Shown one piece after another: positions 1-9,178 of a stretch of 50,925 bases of DNA; within the stretch, counting starts at the first letter, position 1, and every line of letters starts with the position of its first letter. Under the pieces are notes generated by a model. It was not told the DNA's origin and searched no databases. It was given only the letters and a program-made list of their open reading frames with translations. Made by a program: the position numbers and the translations under genes. Location: contig JAZNBT010000045.1 of assembly GCA_045587165.1 (NCBI GenBank), forward strand, positions 1-50,925. Reading direction: 5' to 3'. This DNA is from Alphaproteobacteria bacterium. GTDB taxonomy: Bacteria > Pseudomonadota > Alphaproteobacteria > CAAGCB01 > CAG-977.

Positions 1-190
1 CCGCTTGGCCTCCGACTTATATTGTTATTTATGTGCTTCCTGATATAATTTTTTTTGATATAAAAAATAATGTCTCATCGCCTGTCATTCAGATCAAGCA
101 AACCGAAATTTTTTTTCACTTTTGTTTGACTCTTTATAACGAAAAGATCAGTATGGATAACTTAATATAGTTATTTTTTATGAGGATTTC

Positions 191-2596
191 ATGAAAAACA
201 TCTGTTGTTTTTTGTTTTTGTCTGTCTTGTGTCTGACATGTTGTCCGGCATCAGCCAGCGAAGCCGATCTGGTTTTACCCGATTTGGCTTACAGCTTTGA
301 ATTATTCGGAAAAACAATGACCGGAAAAGGATTATTGTCAATCGGCATGATCGTCTGTTTTCTGGGTATGGCTTTCGGTTTGGGCGAATATATACGCATT
401 AAAAAATTGCCCGTTCATAAAGCTATGGAAGACGTATCGGTTTTAATTCACAAAACATGCGATACTTATTTGTTTCAACAGATCAAATTGTTGTGTGTAT
501 TGGAAATCGTTATCGGAGCCTGCCTGTTTTATTACTTTTATTTTTTACGCGATTTTCCTTTAATGCGCGTCGGGGTCATTTTTCTGTGGTCTTTATTGGG
601 AATTGCCGGATCTGTCGGTGTGGCGTGGTTCGGAATCATTATTAACAACTGGGCGAACTGCCGCACGGCGTTTGCCGCTTTGCGAGGGAAACCGGACGAA
701 GTTATGGCTTTGCCTTTACGTTCGGGCATGTCGATCGGCGTATTATTGATTTGCGTTGAATTGGTTTTAATGTTGGTAATCCTTTTATATGTTTCCCCCG
801 AAGATGCCGGTTCCTGCTTTATCGGATTTGCCATCGGCGAATCGTTAGGTGCTTCCGTCTTACGCATCTGCGGAGGTATTTTTACCAAAATTGCCGACAT
901 CGGCTCGGACCTGATGAAAATTTTCTTTAACATCAAAGAAGATGACGCCCGCAACCCCGGTGTGACAGCGGACTGTACAGGTGATAATGCCGGCGATTCC
1001 GTCGGGCCAACGGCAGACGGTTTTGAAACATACGGAGTGACAGGCGTCGCGCTGATTACATTTATTGTATTGGCCGTCGGAATGACTTTAAACGCGGACG
1101 GTTCAACGACATTGATGCCGGGCGGATTATCCATACAAGCGACATTAATCGTTTGGATTTTTGCCATGCGTATTTTGATGATCGTCACGTCCGTATTGGC
1201 TTACGCTCTGAACATGAAACTGTATAAATTATTTATGGGTAAAAAGTTCAATTTTGAACTGCCTTTGACAATGTTGGTCTGGTTAAGCTCAATCCTGTCT
1301 ATCGGCGTAACCTACGGCGTCAGCTATTTGTTGTTATCAAATTACGGTGATGGTCTGTGGTATAAACTGTCAACGATAATCAGTTGCGGAACGTTATCCG
1401 CGGCATTAATTCCGGAATTAACGAAGGTCTTTACGTCTTCCAATTCAAAGCACGTTCGCGAAGTCGTCAATGCCGGCCGTGAAGGAGGAGCGTCTCTGTC
1501 CATTTTATCAGGTTTGGTCGCCGGTAATTTCAGCGCATTCTGGAAAGGCATGACATTTACGGCCTTAATGCTTGTCGCTTATTGGACAGCCTCTCAAGGT
1601 CTGGGTGAAATTATGATCTACCCGTCGATTTTTGCTTTCGGTCTGGTGGCATTCGGCATGCTCAGCATGGGACCCGTCACAATCGCCGTTGACAGCTACG
1701 GTCCGGTCACGGATAACGCCCAATCGGTATTTGAATTATCGCAAATTGAACAAATTCCGAATATTGCCGAAGAAATCAAATCGACATACGGCTTTGAACC
1801 TGATTTCGAAAAAGGGAAATATTATCTGGAAGAAAACGATTCCGCCGGAAACACCTTTAAAGCAACGGCGAAACCCGTTTTAATCGGAACGGCCGTTATG
1901 GGTGCGACGACAATGATCTTTTCGATTATCTTGATGTTGAATCTGGAATTAAGCCTTCTGGATCCGCGCGTTTTAATCGGACTGGTTGCCGGCGGAGCTA
2001 TTATTTACTGGTTCTGCGGAGCATCGATTCAGGCGGTAACGGCCGGCGCTTATCGTGCCGTTGAATACATTAAAGACAATATTCATCTGGAAAATACGGA
2101 TAGAGCCTCTTTAACGGATTCAAAAGCCGTCGTCCGTATTTGCACGACGTACGCACAAAACGGTATGGTCAATATTTTCGGAGCTTTATTCTCCTTCACA
2201 TTGGCATTTGCCTGCTTTGATCCGACATTCTTTGCCAGCTATTTGGTATCGATTGCTATTTTCGGATTGTATCAGGCGATCTTTATGGCGAATGCCGGCG
2301 GCGCGTGGGACAACGCTAAAAAGTTGGTTGAGGTCGACATGCACGAAAAAGGAACGGATTTACACGCTTCAACGGTTGTCGGTGATACGGTCGGCGATCC
2401 GTTCAAAGATACGTCTTCAGTCGCTTTGAACCCGATCATTAAATTTACGACATTGTTCGGCTTGTTGGCCGTCGAAATTGCCGTATCGTCACAAGAAACG
2501 GCAATCTGGATCGGTGGAGTATTATTGCTTGCCGCGATCTATTTTACGATCAGATCATTCTACGGCATGCGTATTCCGGTCGATATAAAAGACTAA
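191..2596 (+). CDS. hppA: Membrane-integral proton-translocating pyrophosphatase (M-PPase), K+-independent type
   Basis: 801-aa multi-TM ORF with GAGGA Shine-Dalgarno just upstream of ATG 191. Signature blocks GGIFTKIADIGSDL, DCTGDNAGDSVGPTADGFETY, AGNTFKATAKP, GGAWDNAKK and GDTVGDPFKDTS match the M-PPase family. Lys in the GNTxKA block marks the K+-independent class. Confidence 0.9.
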   Translation: MKNICCFLFLSVLCLTCCPASASEADLVLPDLAYSFELFGKTMTGKGLLSIGMIVCFLGMAFGLGEYIRIKKLPVHKAMEDVSVLIHKTCDTYLFQQIKLLCVLEIVIGACLFYYFYFLRDFPLMRVGVIFLWSLLGIAGSVGVAWFGIIINNWANCRTAFAALRGKPDEVMALPLRSGMSIGVLLICVELVLMLVILLYVSPEDAGSCFIGFAIGESLGASVLRICGGIFTKIADIGSDLMKIFFNIKEDDARNPGVTADCTGDNAGDSVGPTADGFETYGVTGVALITFIVLAVGMTLNADGSTTLMPGGLSIQATLIVWIFAMRILMIVTSVLAYALNMKLYKLFMGKKFNFELPLTMLVWLSSILSIGVTYGVSYLLLSNYGDGLWYKLSTIISCGTLSAALIPELTKVFTSSNSKHVREVVNAGREGGASLSILSGLVAGNFSAFWKGMTFTALMLVAYWTASQGLGEIMIYPSIFAFGLVAFGMLSMGPVTIAVDSYGPVTDNAQSVFELSQIEQIPNIAEEIKSTYGFEPDFEKGKYYLEENDSAGNTFKATAKPVLIGTAVMGATTMIFSIILMLNLELSLLDPRVLIGLVAGGAIIYWFCGASIQAVTAGAYRAVEYIKDNIHLENTDRASLTDSKAVVRICTTYAQNGMVNIFGALFSFTLAFACFDPTFFASYLVSIAIFGLYQAIFMANAGGAWDNAKKLVEVDMHEKGTDLHASTVVGDTVGDPFKDTSSVALNPIIKFTTLFGLLAVEIAVSSQETAIWIGGVLLLAAIYFTIRSFYGMRIPVDIKD

Positions 2597-2601
2597 TCAA
2601 T

Positions 2602-2632
2602 AAAAAAGCCTTCCTTTCGGAAGGCTTTTTTA
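2602..2632. terminator. Bidirectional rho-independent terminator between convergent genes
   Basis: AAAAAAGCCTTCC-TTTC-GGAAGGCTTTTTT: 8-bp GC-rich stem (2607-2614/2619-2626) flanked by an A-run and a T-run. It overlaps the stop codon of the minus-strand gene. Confidence 0.7.
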
Positions 2633-3208
2633 TTCCACTAATTCAAACCCGTTATCATCGAAACAAAAATGAAACGGACGTCCGTGAGGAACGGCATACA
2701 GTTTCAATCCGAACATCAATACAAAACATCTGACAACAGCACTGTGTGCGGAAATACCGATAACGGTATAATCATTTTCCGCAGCGATTTTTTTCAGTGT
2801 ACGGAATATGCGTTGCTGAATTTGCCGTTTTGTCTCCCCTCCTTCAAAACAGATGTCCATATGTTCTTCTTCCAAACTTTGCCAAGCCGGTGCGATATCC
2901 GGGAACAACCGATGAATTTCTTCTTTGGTTTTACCTTCTGCCGCACCGAAACAGCCTTCAATCAGTCCGTCTTCTATTTTTACCGGAGCGTTTAAAACGT
3001 CTGCAACGATCTGCGCCGTCTGCACAGCCCGCTGTAAAGGAGAAGAGAAAACAGCCTGTATTCCGGAAGAAATCAATTCCAACGCCAACTGCCGCGCCTG
3101 ATCAATTCCCGTTTCATTTAACGGAACATCTATTCCGCTGCCTTGCCAACGCCGAGCCAAATTCATATCGGTTTGACCATGGCGAAAAACATAAAAATCT
3201 TTTTTCAC
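2630..3208 (-). CDS. Histidine phosphatase family protein (phosphoglycerate mutase-like)
   Basis: 192-aa ORF. N-terminal YVFRHGQTDMN carries the RHG catalytic motif, and ISAHSAVVR supplies the second His. Confidence 0.85.
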   Translation of the reverse strand: MKKDFYVFRHGQTDMNLARRWQGSGIDVPLNETGIDQARQLALELISSGIQAVFSSPLQRAVQTAQIVADVLNAPVKIEDGLIEGCFGAAEGKTKEEIHRLFPDIAPAWQSLEEEHMDICFEGGETKRQIQQRIFRTLKKIAAENDYTVIGISAHSAVVRCFVLMFGLKLYAVPHGRPFHFCFDDNGFELVE

Positions 3209-3272
3209 GAAAAATCCTTTGCTTTTGACTCCTTCCGTAAAGGATATGACTTTTTAGCCGAAAGGAGCAAGG

Positions 3273-3377
3273 ATGAAAACGTTTTTCCCTTCAAAAGATG
3301 AAACGCTTTATAAACAAAAAGCCGTCGTTATTTCAAGATTTCGCCATGTTATTCTACAGACTGTATTTTTTCATTAA
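3273..3377 (+). CDS. Possible 34-aa leader or small ORF (MKTFFPSKDETLYKQKAVVISRFRHVILQTVFFH)
   Basis: ATG 3273 is preceded by AAAGGAG at optimal spacing. Its TAA stop overlaps the AAGGA Shine-Dalgarno of the ATG at 3388. No homology recognised. Confidence 0.3.
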   Translation: MKTFFPSKDETLYKQKAVVISRFRHVILQTVFFH

Positions 3378-3387
3378 GGATACTGCC

Positions 3388-4194
3388 ATGTACGATATTG
3401 ACCGCCCTCGATTTATATTAATCGCTCTGTTAAAAGAATTTATTCGAGAAACCGAACACAATTTGGCTTATTTTTTTGCGTTGTTGGTTTTTCTGCTGAC
3501 ATTTCTGTTGGCTTTGTTCGGACAGGACGTTTTATATACGGGCATGACAGGCGTGTTGTGTCTGTTTTTGATCAAAATAAGAGATATTATCGAAGGCTTC
3601 AGGGACTTATCCTCTTATAAACGTTCCGTTCGTAAAAAAACGGATGATATGAATACCGCAGATACAGCCGGACAAATTCTCAGTGACATGCAACATTTTT
3701 ATTCGGCGTTTGATGATGCCGCCATTACCGTTATGGAAAAAGAGTTCCCGTCACGCTTTAATGAAAAGAAACAACCGTCAACGACAGAAAGACCGAATTT
3801 GCTGTCTTATCTGCAAACCTGTTGGAAAATAATCGAAACGATTTGCCTTTTTTTTCCTGATCGTCCGTTGCGACCGGAAACAAAAAGATCTTTACGAAGA
3901 ATGACAGCGGCAGCGCAAAAATACATACTGCATTATCTACAAAAAAAATACGCTTTGACAAAAGAAGAAATCTCGCTGATTGAGAAAAATTTCTCTCGGA
4001 AAACGATGGATGATTTTTTATTTCAAACACAGTTGGAAGCTGTCGGCATAGATGAAACAGCCGCCCGAACAACAGTCAAAATCGCCGAAATTTTGAGAAA
4101 AATACGATCTTATATTTCTTTTTCAGACACAAAGAAACAAGCAGTTTCCGCATTACCGGAACAAGAAACATCGGACAAAACAAAAAACGTTTAA
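3388..4194 (+). CDS. Hypothetical membrane protein; start uncertain (alternative ATG 3298)
   Basis: Long ORF with one or two hydrophobic helices (LAYFFALLVFLLTFLLALFG, GVLCLFLIKI). ATG 3388 has an AAGGA Shine-Dalgarno 8 nt upstream, whereas ATG 3298 lacks one. No family recognised. Confidence 0.5.
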   Translation: MYDIDRPRFILIALLKEFIRETEHNLAYFFALLVFLLTFLLALFGQDVLYTGMTGVLCLFLIKIRDIIEGFRDLSSYKRSVRKKTDDMNTADTAGQILSDMQHFYSAFDDAAITVMEKEFPSRFNEKKQPSTTERPNLLSYLQTCWKIIETICLFFPDRPLRPETKRSLRRMTAAAQKYILHYLQKKYALTKEEISLIEKNFSRKTMDDFLFQTQLEAVGIDETAARTTVKIAEILRKIRSYISFSDTKKQAVSALPEQETSDKTKNV

Positions 4195-4757
4195 TACCAG
4201 GAAAGACCGCCTTTTTCACGTTTTAAAAAACCGAACCATTCACCGACCTGTTCGCCTTTGATATCGGATAAAATAAACATCACGCTTAACGCTTTATCTT
4301 CAGAACGGTCATCATTTTTTATAGGAACTTCTCCTAATTCAATATCTAAAACATAATCATACAAAACGGATCCGTCCGTCATCCATAAGGATTCCGTATT
4401 CATCAATTCATGTTCAACCGCTTCGTGAACGATCGCCGGACGTACCTGCGCCGTCGGATGATAATTTAAGACATCACGCAAAGCGACTTTAACACGCTCG
4501 GGCTTGTTCTGGAAAATTTCGGCCTGTAACATATCCCTGATCACGCGATACGACAGCAGAATATAATCCTGATCCAAAGGCCCCGCACCTTTTTTCAAAC
4601 GCAAATATGTCATATAATCCGCAACGTCTTCACGCCGCAAATCCGCATCAGATTTAAGGATGCCGCCCCGTTTTGCGTTAATTGTCTGTTCGGCCGCACA
4701 GGAAAAAAGAAACAATGCCGAAAAAATAAAAACCCCTGTTTTAAAAAAACACTTCAT
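4191..4757 (-). CDS. Hypothetical lipoprotein
   Basis: The internal start MKCFFKTGVFIFSALFLFSC gives a signal peptide with a lipobox-like LFSC. The longer ORF-track start would overlap the upstream gene. Confidence 0.6.
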   Translation of the reverse strand: MKCFFKTGVFIFSALFLFSCAAEQTINAKRGGILKSDADLRREDVADYMTYLRLKKGAGPLDQDYILLSYRVIRDMLQAEIFQNKPERVKVALRDVLNYHPTAQVRPAIVHEAVEHELMNTESLWMTDGSVLYDYVLDIELGEVPIKNDDRSEDKALSVMFILSDIKGEQVGEWFGFLKREKGGLSWY

Positions 4758-4785
4758 TGTTTTTTCCTTTTTCAGCCGCCAAAAA

Positions 4786-5130
4786 TCAGAAAGTCGAACC
4801 GTTATAACCCCATAAAATACCGGGAACGGAAGCAAATTCGATATAAACGCGATTACCCGGCACTTTCAAACGGGATTCAACCATTTTTGTTAAAGCTTCC
4901 GACAATAACGGTACCTGTTCTTTGGTCATCCCGACACTTTTCATTTCCATATACACCGTCGGCATGGTCGTCCCGGCGAACACCATATGTTCGTTGGCAC
5001 AAACATTAACCATAACATAGCTTTCAGGTTTTCCGGTCGTTTCGGCGACAACACGGGAAGCATGATTTAACAAAGCCAAAATTGTTGTTTTTTCCAAATC
5101 AAGATTGGTTTTAATCATTAAAAACGGCAT
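4786..5130 (-). CDS. MIF / D-dopachrome tautomerase family protein (tautomerase superfamily)
   Basis: Starting at MPFLMIKTNL gives the catalytic Pro1 after Met removal. Length is about 114 aa. GKPESYVMV, MEMKSVG and the C-terminal GYNGSTF follow the MIF family pattern. Confidence 0.75.
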   Translation of the reverse strand: MPFLMIKTNLDLEKTTILALLNHASRVVAETTGKPESYVMVNVCANEHMVFAGTTMPTVYMEMKSVGMTKEQVPLLSEALTKMVESRLKVPGNRVYIEFASVPGILWGYNGSTF

Positions 5131-5246
5131 AAACAAATCCTCCATAAAACTTTACGGCAAAGTGTAACGCCTTGTTTTCTTTTATACAACCACTTTTAAT
5201 GTAAAAAAGGAATGAAAGACTTTGCGATCATTCCTTTTTTTTATCC

Positions 5247-7547
5247 CTATTCGACAACCGTTTCAGGCGTTGCAACCTTGCGTCGGCGATTTGAATATCG
5301 CCGACGCGGTTTCTTCACCGATTTTTCTTCATGATCGGTTTCCGGTGCAGGCAATGCTTTCTGCGGTTCAGGAGCCGGAAGTAAAATCGGTTCCTGCTGT
5401 TCATTTTCGGACGAACGGCTTTCTTGTTCGCTTTCGCCGTGACGACGGTTGGAATGAAAACGTCTGCCCCGACGCAAGAAATGACCGCGCCGACGTCTGG
5501 GATTTTCCCCGTTCTTTTCATCCCGATGTTCTTCGGACGGTTCCTCGGATTTTTGATTTGCCCTTAAACCTTCTTCAAAAACAGCGTCCGCCTGAATAAC
5601 CTCATCCGTGGCAAAATCGGATTGATCTTCCCGATATTCAAAGGTTTCTGCCGTTTCTTCCGTATTATGCTCTTGATTCTCACGATTCTGTTCGCCTCTG
5701 TTACGACGACGACGGCGGCGACGTTCGCGTTGCGGACGTTCCTGAACAACAGGCTGTTCGTCCGGTTGCTCTTCCGCGACCGTTTCGGAATCTTCCGGTT
5801 CGGACGATTCGATAGGTTCCGCTTCGACGCGAACGACCCGTTCCATTCTGAAATCCGTCGGGAACAGTAAAGAATCATCCGCTTCTAAAAAGATTTTGAC
5901 ATCATACGCTTTTTCAATTTTATACAAATCATTGCGCTTATGATTCAAAACATACAAAGCCGTTGCGGGCGGAACCGTCATGCGCAATTCACTGAAACGA
6001 CGCTTCAAGCTTTCTTCCTCCAAAACGTGCAACGTATGAATCGATACGGATTCCGTAGAACGCATAACGCCCTTTCCTTTACAATACGGACAAGGCGAAT
6101 AACTGGTTTCAATAAAGCTTGAATGAAGTCTTTGACGTGACAACTCCATTAACCCGAATCCGGTAATGCGTCCCATTTGGACACGCGCGCGGTCACGTTT
6201 CAACGCTTCCTTCATACGGCGTTCAACGGCGTGATTGTTGCGCGGTTCTTCCATATCGATAAAATCGATAACAACCAAGCCGGCCAAGTCCCGTAAACGC
6301 AGCTGACGGGCGATTTCATCGGCGGCTTCCAAGTTTGTTTTCAACGCCGTTTCTTCAATATTGCGTTCTTTGGTCGCTCTACCCGAGTTTACGTCGATTG
6401 CGACCAGCGCTTCCGTTTGATCCATAACCAGATAAGCGCCCGATTTCAATTGAACGATGTTGCTGTGCATCGATTCCAGTTGCGATTCCACCTGATAGCG
6501 GAAAAACAACGGAATGGTGTCGTCTTTATACTGCTTAATTTTTTTGGCATGACTGGGGGTCAGGATTTTCATAAAATCTTTTGCCATACGATATTCGGCT
6601 TCCCCTTCGATCAAAACCTCGGCGATATCGCGCGTGTACATATCGCGCAATGCCCGTTTAATCAAATTACCTTCTTCGTGAATCAGGAAAGGAGCCGAAG
6701 ATTCCATGGTTTTGTCACGAATCTGCACCCACGTTTTGATCAGATATTCATAATCGCGTTTAATTTCCAAAGCGGTACGTTCTTTTCCGGCCGTTCTGAC
6801 GATAACGGACATACCCGTCGGCAACGGCAACTTCGAAACGATTGTTTTCAAGCGCTTTCTGTCCGCCGCATTCGTAATTTTACGGGAAACTCCGCCGCCG
6901 CGGGAATTATTCGGCATTAAAACGCAATAACGTCCGGCCAAAGACAAATACGTCGTCAATGCCGCGCCTTTATTGCCGCGTTCTTCTTTGGTCACCTGAA
7001 CCAACAAAACCTGACCGCGATGAATAACTTCCTGAATTTTATATTTTTTTACCTGATTATAACGGCGACGATCTATGACTTCGTCACTTTCGTTTTCACT
7101 GACCGTTTCAACGATTTGTTCCGCCGCCTCGTCGTTTTCCTGTTCTTCCTGATGAGGGGGCTGTTCGACATCCAACGGTTGATTTTCAGCATTTTCCGCT
7201 TTCGAACGACGGTGTTTTTTACCGCGGGATTTATCATCTTCCTCATCGTCGTCGTTTTCTTCCTGCATCAAAGCTTCTTTCAAAGCTTCGCGATCCGCGA
7301 CGGGAATTTGATAATAATCGGGATGTATTTCGTTAAACGCCAAAAATCCGTGCCGGTTACCGCCGTAATCCACAAAAGCGGCCTGCAAGGACGGTTCAAC
7401 TCTGGCAACCTTGGCTAAATAAATATTTCCCTTTAACTGTTTTTTTGTTGATGTTTCGATGTCCAGTTCATCCAAACGGGTCCCATCGACGATTACGACT
7501 CTCATTTCTTCGGAATGAGTAGCGTCTATAAGCATTTTTTTGGTCAT
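5247..7547 (-). CDS. rne: Ribonuclease E
   Basis: 766 aa. The N-terminus MLIDATHSEEMRVVIVDG, an S1 domain, the catalytic core (VAIDVNSGR, DFIDM) and the Zn-link CPYCKGKG are present. It has the acidic insertion typical of alphaproteobacterial RNase E and an Arg-rich C-terminal scaffold. Confidence 0.92.
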   Translation of the reverse strand: MTKKMLIDATHSEEMRVVIVDGTRLDELDIETSTKKQLKGNIYLAKVARVEPSLQAAFVDYGGNRHGFLAFNEIHPDYYQIPVADREALKEALMQEENDDDEEDDKSRGKKHRRSKAENAENQPLDVEQPPHQEEQENDEAAEQIVETVSENESDEVIDRRRYNQVKKYKIQEVIHRGQVLLVQVTKEERGNKGAALTTYLSLAGRYCVLMPNNSRGGGVSRKITNAADRKRLKTIVSKLPLPTGMSVIVRTAGKERTALEIKRDYEYLIKTWVQIRDKTMESSAPFLIHEEGNLIKRALRDMYTRDIAEVLIEGEAEYRMAKDFMKILTPSHAKKIKQYKDDTIPLFFRYQVESQLESMHSNIVQLKSGAYLVMDQTEALVAIDVNSGRATKERNIEETALKTNLEAADEIARQLRLRDLAGLVVIDFIDMEEPRNNHAVERRMKEALKRDRARVQMGRITGFGLMELSRQRLHSSFIETSYSPCPYCKGKGVMRSTESVSIHTLHVLEEESLKRRFSELRMTVPPATALYVLNHKRNDLYKIEKAYDVKIFLEADDSLLFPTDFRMERVVRVEAEPIESSEPEDSETVAEEQPDEQPVVQERPQRERRRRRRRNRGEQNRENQEHNTEETAETFEYREDQSDFATDEVIQADAVFEEGLRANQKSEEPSEEHRDEKNGENPRRRRGHFLRRGRRFHSNRRHGESEQESRSSENEQQEPILLPAPEPQKALPAPETDHEEKSVKKPRRRYSNRRRKVATPETVVE

Positions 7548-7860
7548 TAATAATAAAACTCCGCGCCATACGACCGGTTAAGGGTCGCAGCTGTTTGTTT
7601 AATACGTATGCGAACGGCTCTAAAAAAGCGAAGACGGCACGCTTTGTCTGATTTAATTTTATATATAAATTTTTCACAGCGGCATCTTTCCTAAAAATTC
7701 CTTTCGGCCATTCCACAAAAATCTTTGAGGAAGCTGTTATTGCATTAGCGCCGTACCGTTTACGCTCTGCTTTCAAACGGCGCAAAGGAGGCAGCAATAA
7801 AAAAATTACTTTCAGCGCGCTTAGAATAACCATCTATTAACTAAAGAACAATCATATTTT
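7548..7860 (-). promoter_or_regulatory. Long 5' leader and promoter region of rne (divergent from amiC)
   Basis: A roughly 310-nt non-coding gap lies upstream of rne. RNase E genes are classically autoregulated through long structured leaders. No specific hairpins were mapped here. Confidence 0.35.
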
Positions 7861-7910
7861 AGTATGGTATGTTAGATTTTTTAATTTTCATGGAAAGAAA
7901 AAAGGAAAGA

Positions 7911-9116
7911 ATGACTGTTTTCCGCCGAATATGCAACTTTTTGATCGGATTCGGATTCGCTTTGGCTCTATGTCCGCAAACAGGATTTTGCGCAACAGTA
8001 CAGGATATTCGTCTGGGAACGCAAAGCGGACCGACAATCCGTGTCGTCGTCGATTTGTCCGAAAAGGTTGATTTCAAAATCTTTCCGTTAAAAAATCCCG
8101 ATCGCGTTGTTGTCGATTTGCCGTCGACGACCTTTGCCGTCAAAGAAAAAGATTTGCCAAAAAAAGATTACCTTAACGACATTCGATTGGGGGCAACGGA
8201 ATCCAAAGCAGCCAGAATTGTTTTGGAATTCAATCGCGGTATTATTATCAAACGATCTTTCATTCTGGCACCGCAAAGCGGTTTTCAATGGCGGCTGGTC
8301 ATTGATCTGGAATTAATGGCAAAGATGGATGAATTAAAACAGGTAACGCCGGAATGGTATGACAATTCCGTTACCGAAGAAAAAAAACCGTCAAAACAAC
8401 CGACGCAAACACCGCCTAAAACAAAACCTCTGATTGTTTTGGATCCCGGCCATGGCGGCAAAGATCCGGGCGCCATCGGCGTTTCCGGCGTTTATGAAAA
8501 ACATTTAACGCTGGCGATGGTAAAACAGCTGCGAAACCTATTGGAAAAGACCGGTCGTTATCGCGTCAAATTAACACGTGAAACGGACATTTTCATCTCT
8601 TTATACGCCCGCCGCCGATTTGCAAGATCCGTCAATGCCGACTTGTTTATTTCCATTCACGCCGACAGTGTCAAAAAACCGCAGACACGCGGCTTGTCCG
8701 TTTATACCTTATCGGAAAAAGCGTCGGACAAGGAAGCGGAAAAACTGGCTGAATCGGAAAACAAAGTCGATTTGATCGCCGGTATTGATTTATCCGGTGA
8801 AACACAGGAAGTCACGGATATTCTGATAGATTTGGCCAGACGGGAAACGAACAATCATTCATCCTTTTTTGCCGAAAAGTTAACGGATGAATTTCGAACG
8901 GAAATTCTCGTATTACCGAATTCGCACCGTTTTGCAGGTTTCGCGGTTTTAAAATCACCGGATGTTCCTTCCGTCCTGATGGAAATGGGATATCTGTCGA
9001 ATAAAGAGGAAGAACGTCTGTTACGTCAGCAGGATTATCGCGAAAAACTGGCTAAAGCGAGTGTACGCGCCATCGATTCCTATTTTGCGGAAAAACATAA
9101 GGCAAATTTTAATTGA
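7911..9116 (+). CDS. amiC: N-acetylmuramoyl-L-alanine amidase with N-terminal AMIN domain
   Basis: MTVFRRICNFLIGFGFALALC is a signal peptide with twin Arg. The AMIN-like VQDIRLG...RVVVDLS...RVVVDLP repeat is present. The Amidase_3 core shows LDPGHGGKDPGA, SIHADS and PSVLMEMGYLSN. Start chosen among three in-frame ATGs (7869, 7890, 7911). Confidence 0.85.
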   Translation: MTVFRRICNFLIGFGFALALCPQTGFCATVQDIRLGTQSGPTIRVVVDLSEKVDFKIFPLKNPDRVVVDLPSTTFAVKEKDLPKKDYLNDIRLGATESKAARIVLEFNRGIIIKRSFILAPQSGFQWRLVIDLELMAKMDELKQVTPEWYDNSVTEEKKPSKQPTQTPPKTKPLIVLDPGHGGKDPGAIGVSGVYEKHLTLAMVKQLRNLLEKTGRYRVKLTRETDIFISLYARRRFARSVNADLFISIHADSVKKPQTRGLSVYTLSEKASDKEAEKLAESENKVDLIAGIDLSGETQEVTDILIDLARRETNNHSSFFAEKLTDEFRTEILVLPNSHRFAGFAVLKSPDVPSVLMEMGYLSNKEEERLLRQQDYREKLAKASVRAIDSYFAEKHKANFN

Positions 9117-9178
9117 ACATGGACAAATCACGTGCCGGCAGTTAAACTGCCCATCAGAAAAGATACGGAACAAAAACA

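Noticed and set aside
7468-7833. 121-aa ORF spanning the rne start and leader
   Set aside because: It overlaps the well-supported rne N-terminus in another frame, has no SD, and is basic and low-complexity. It is more likely non-coding leader.
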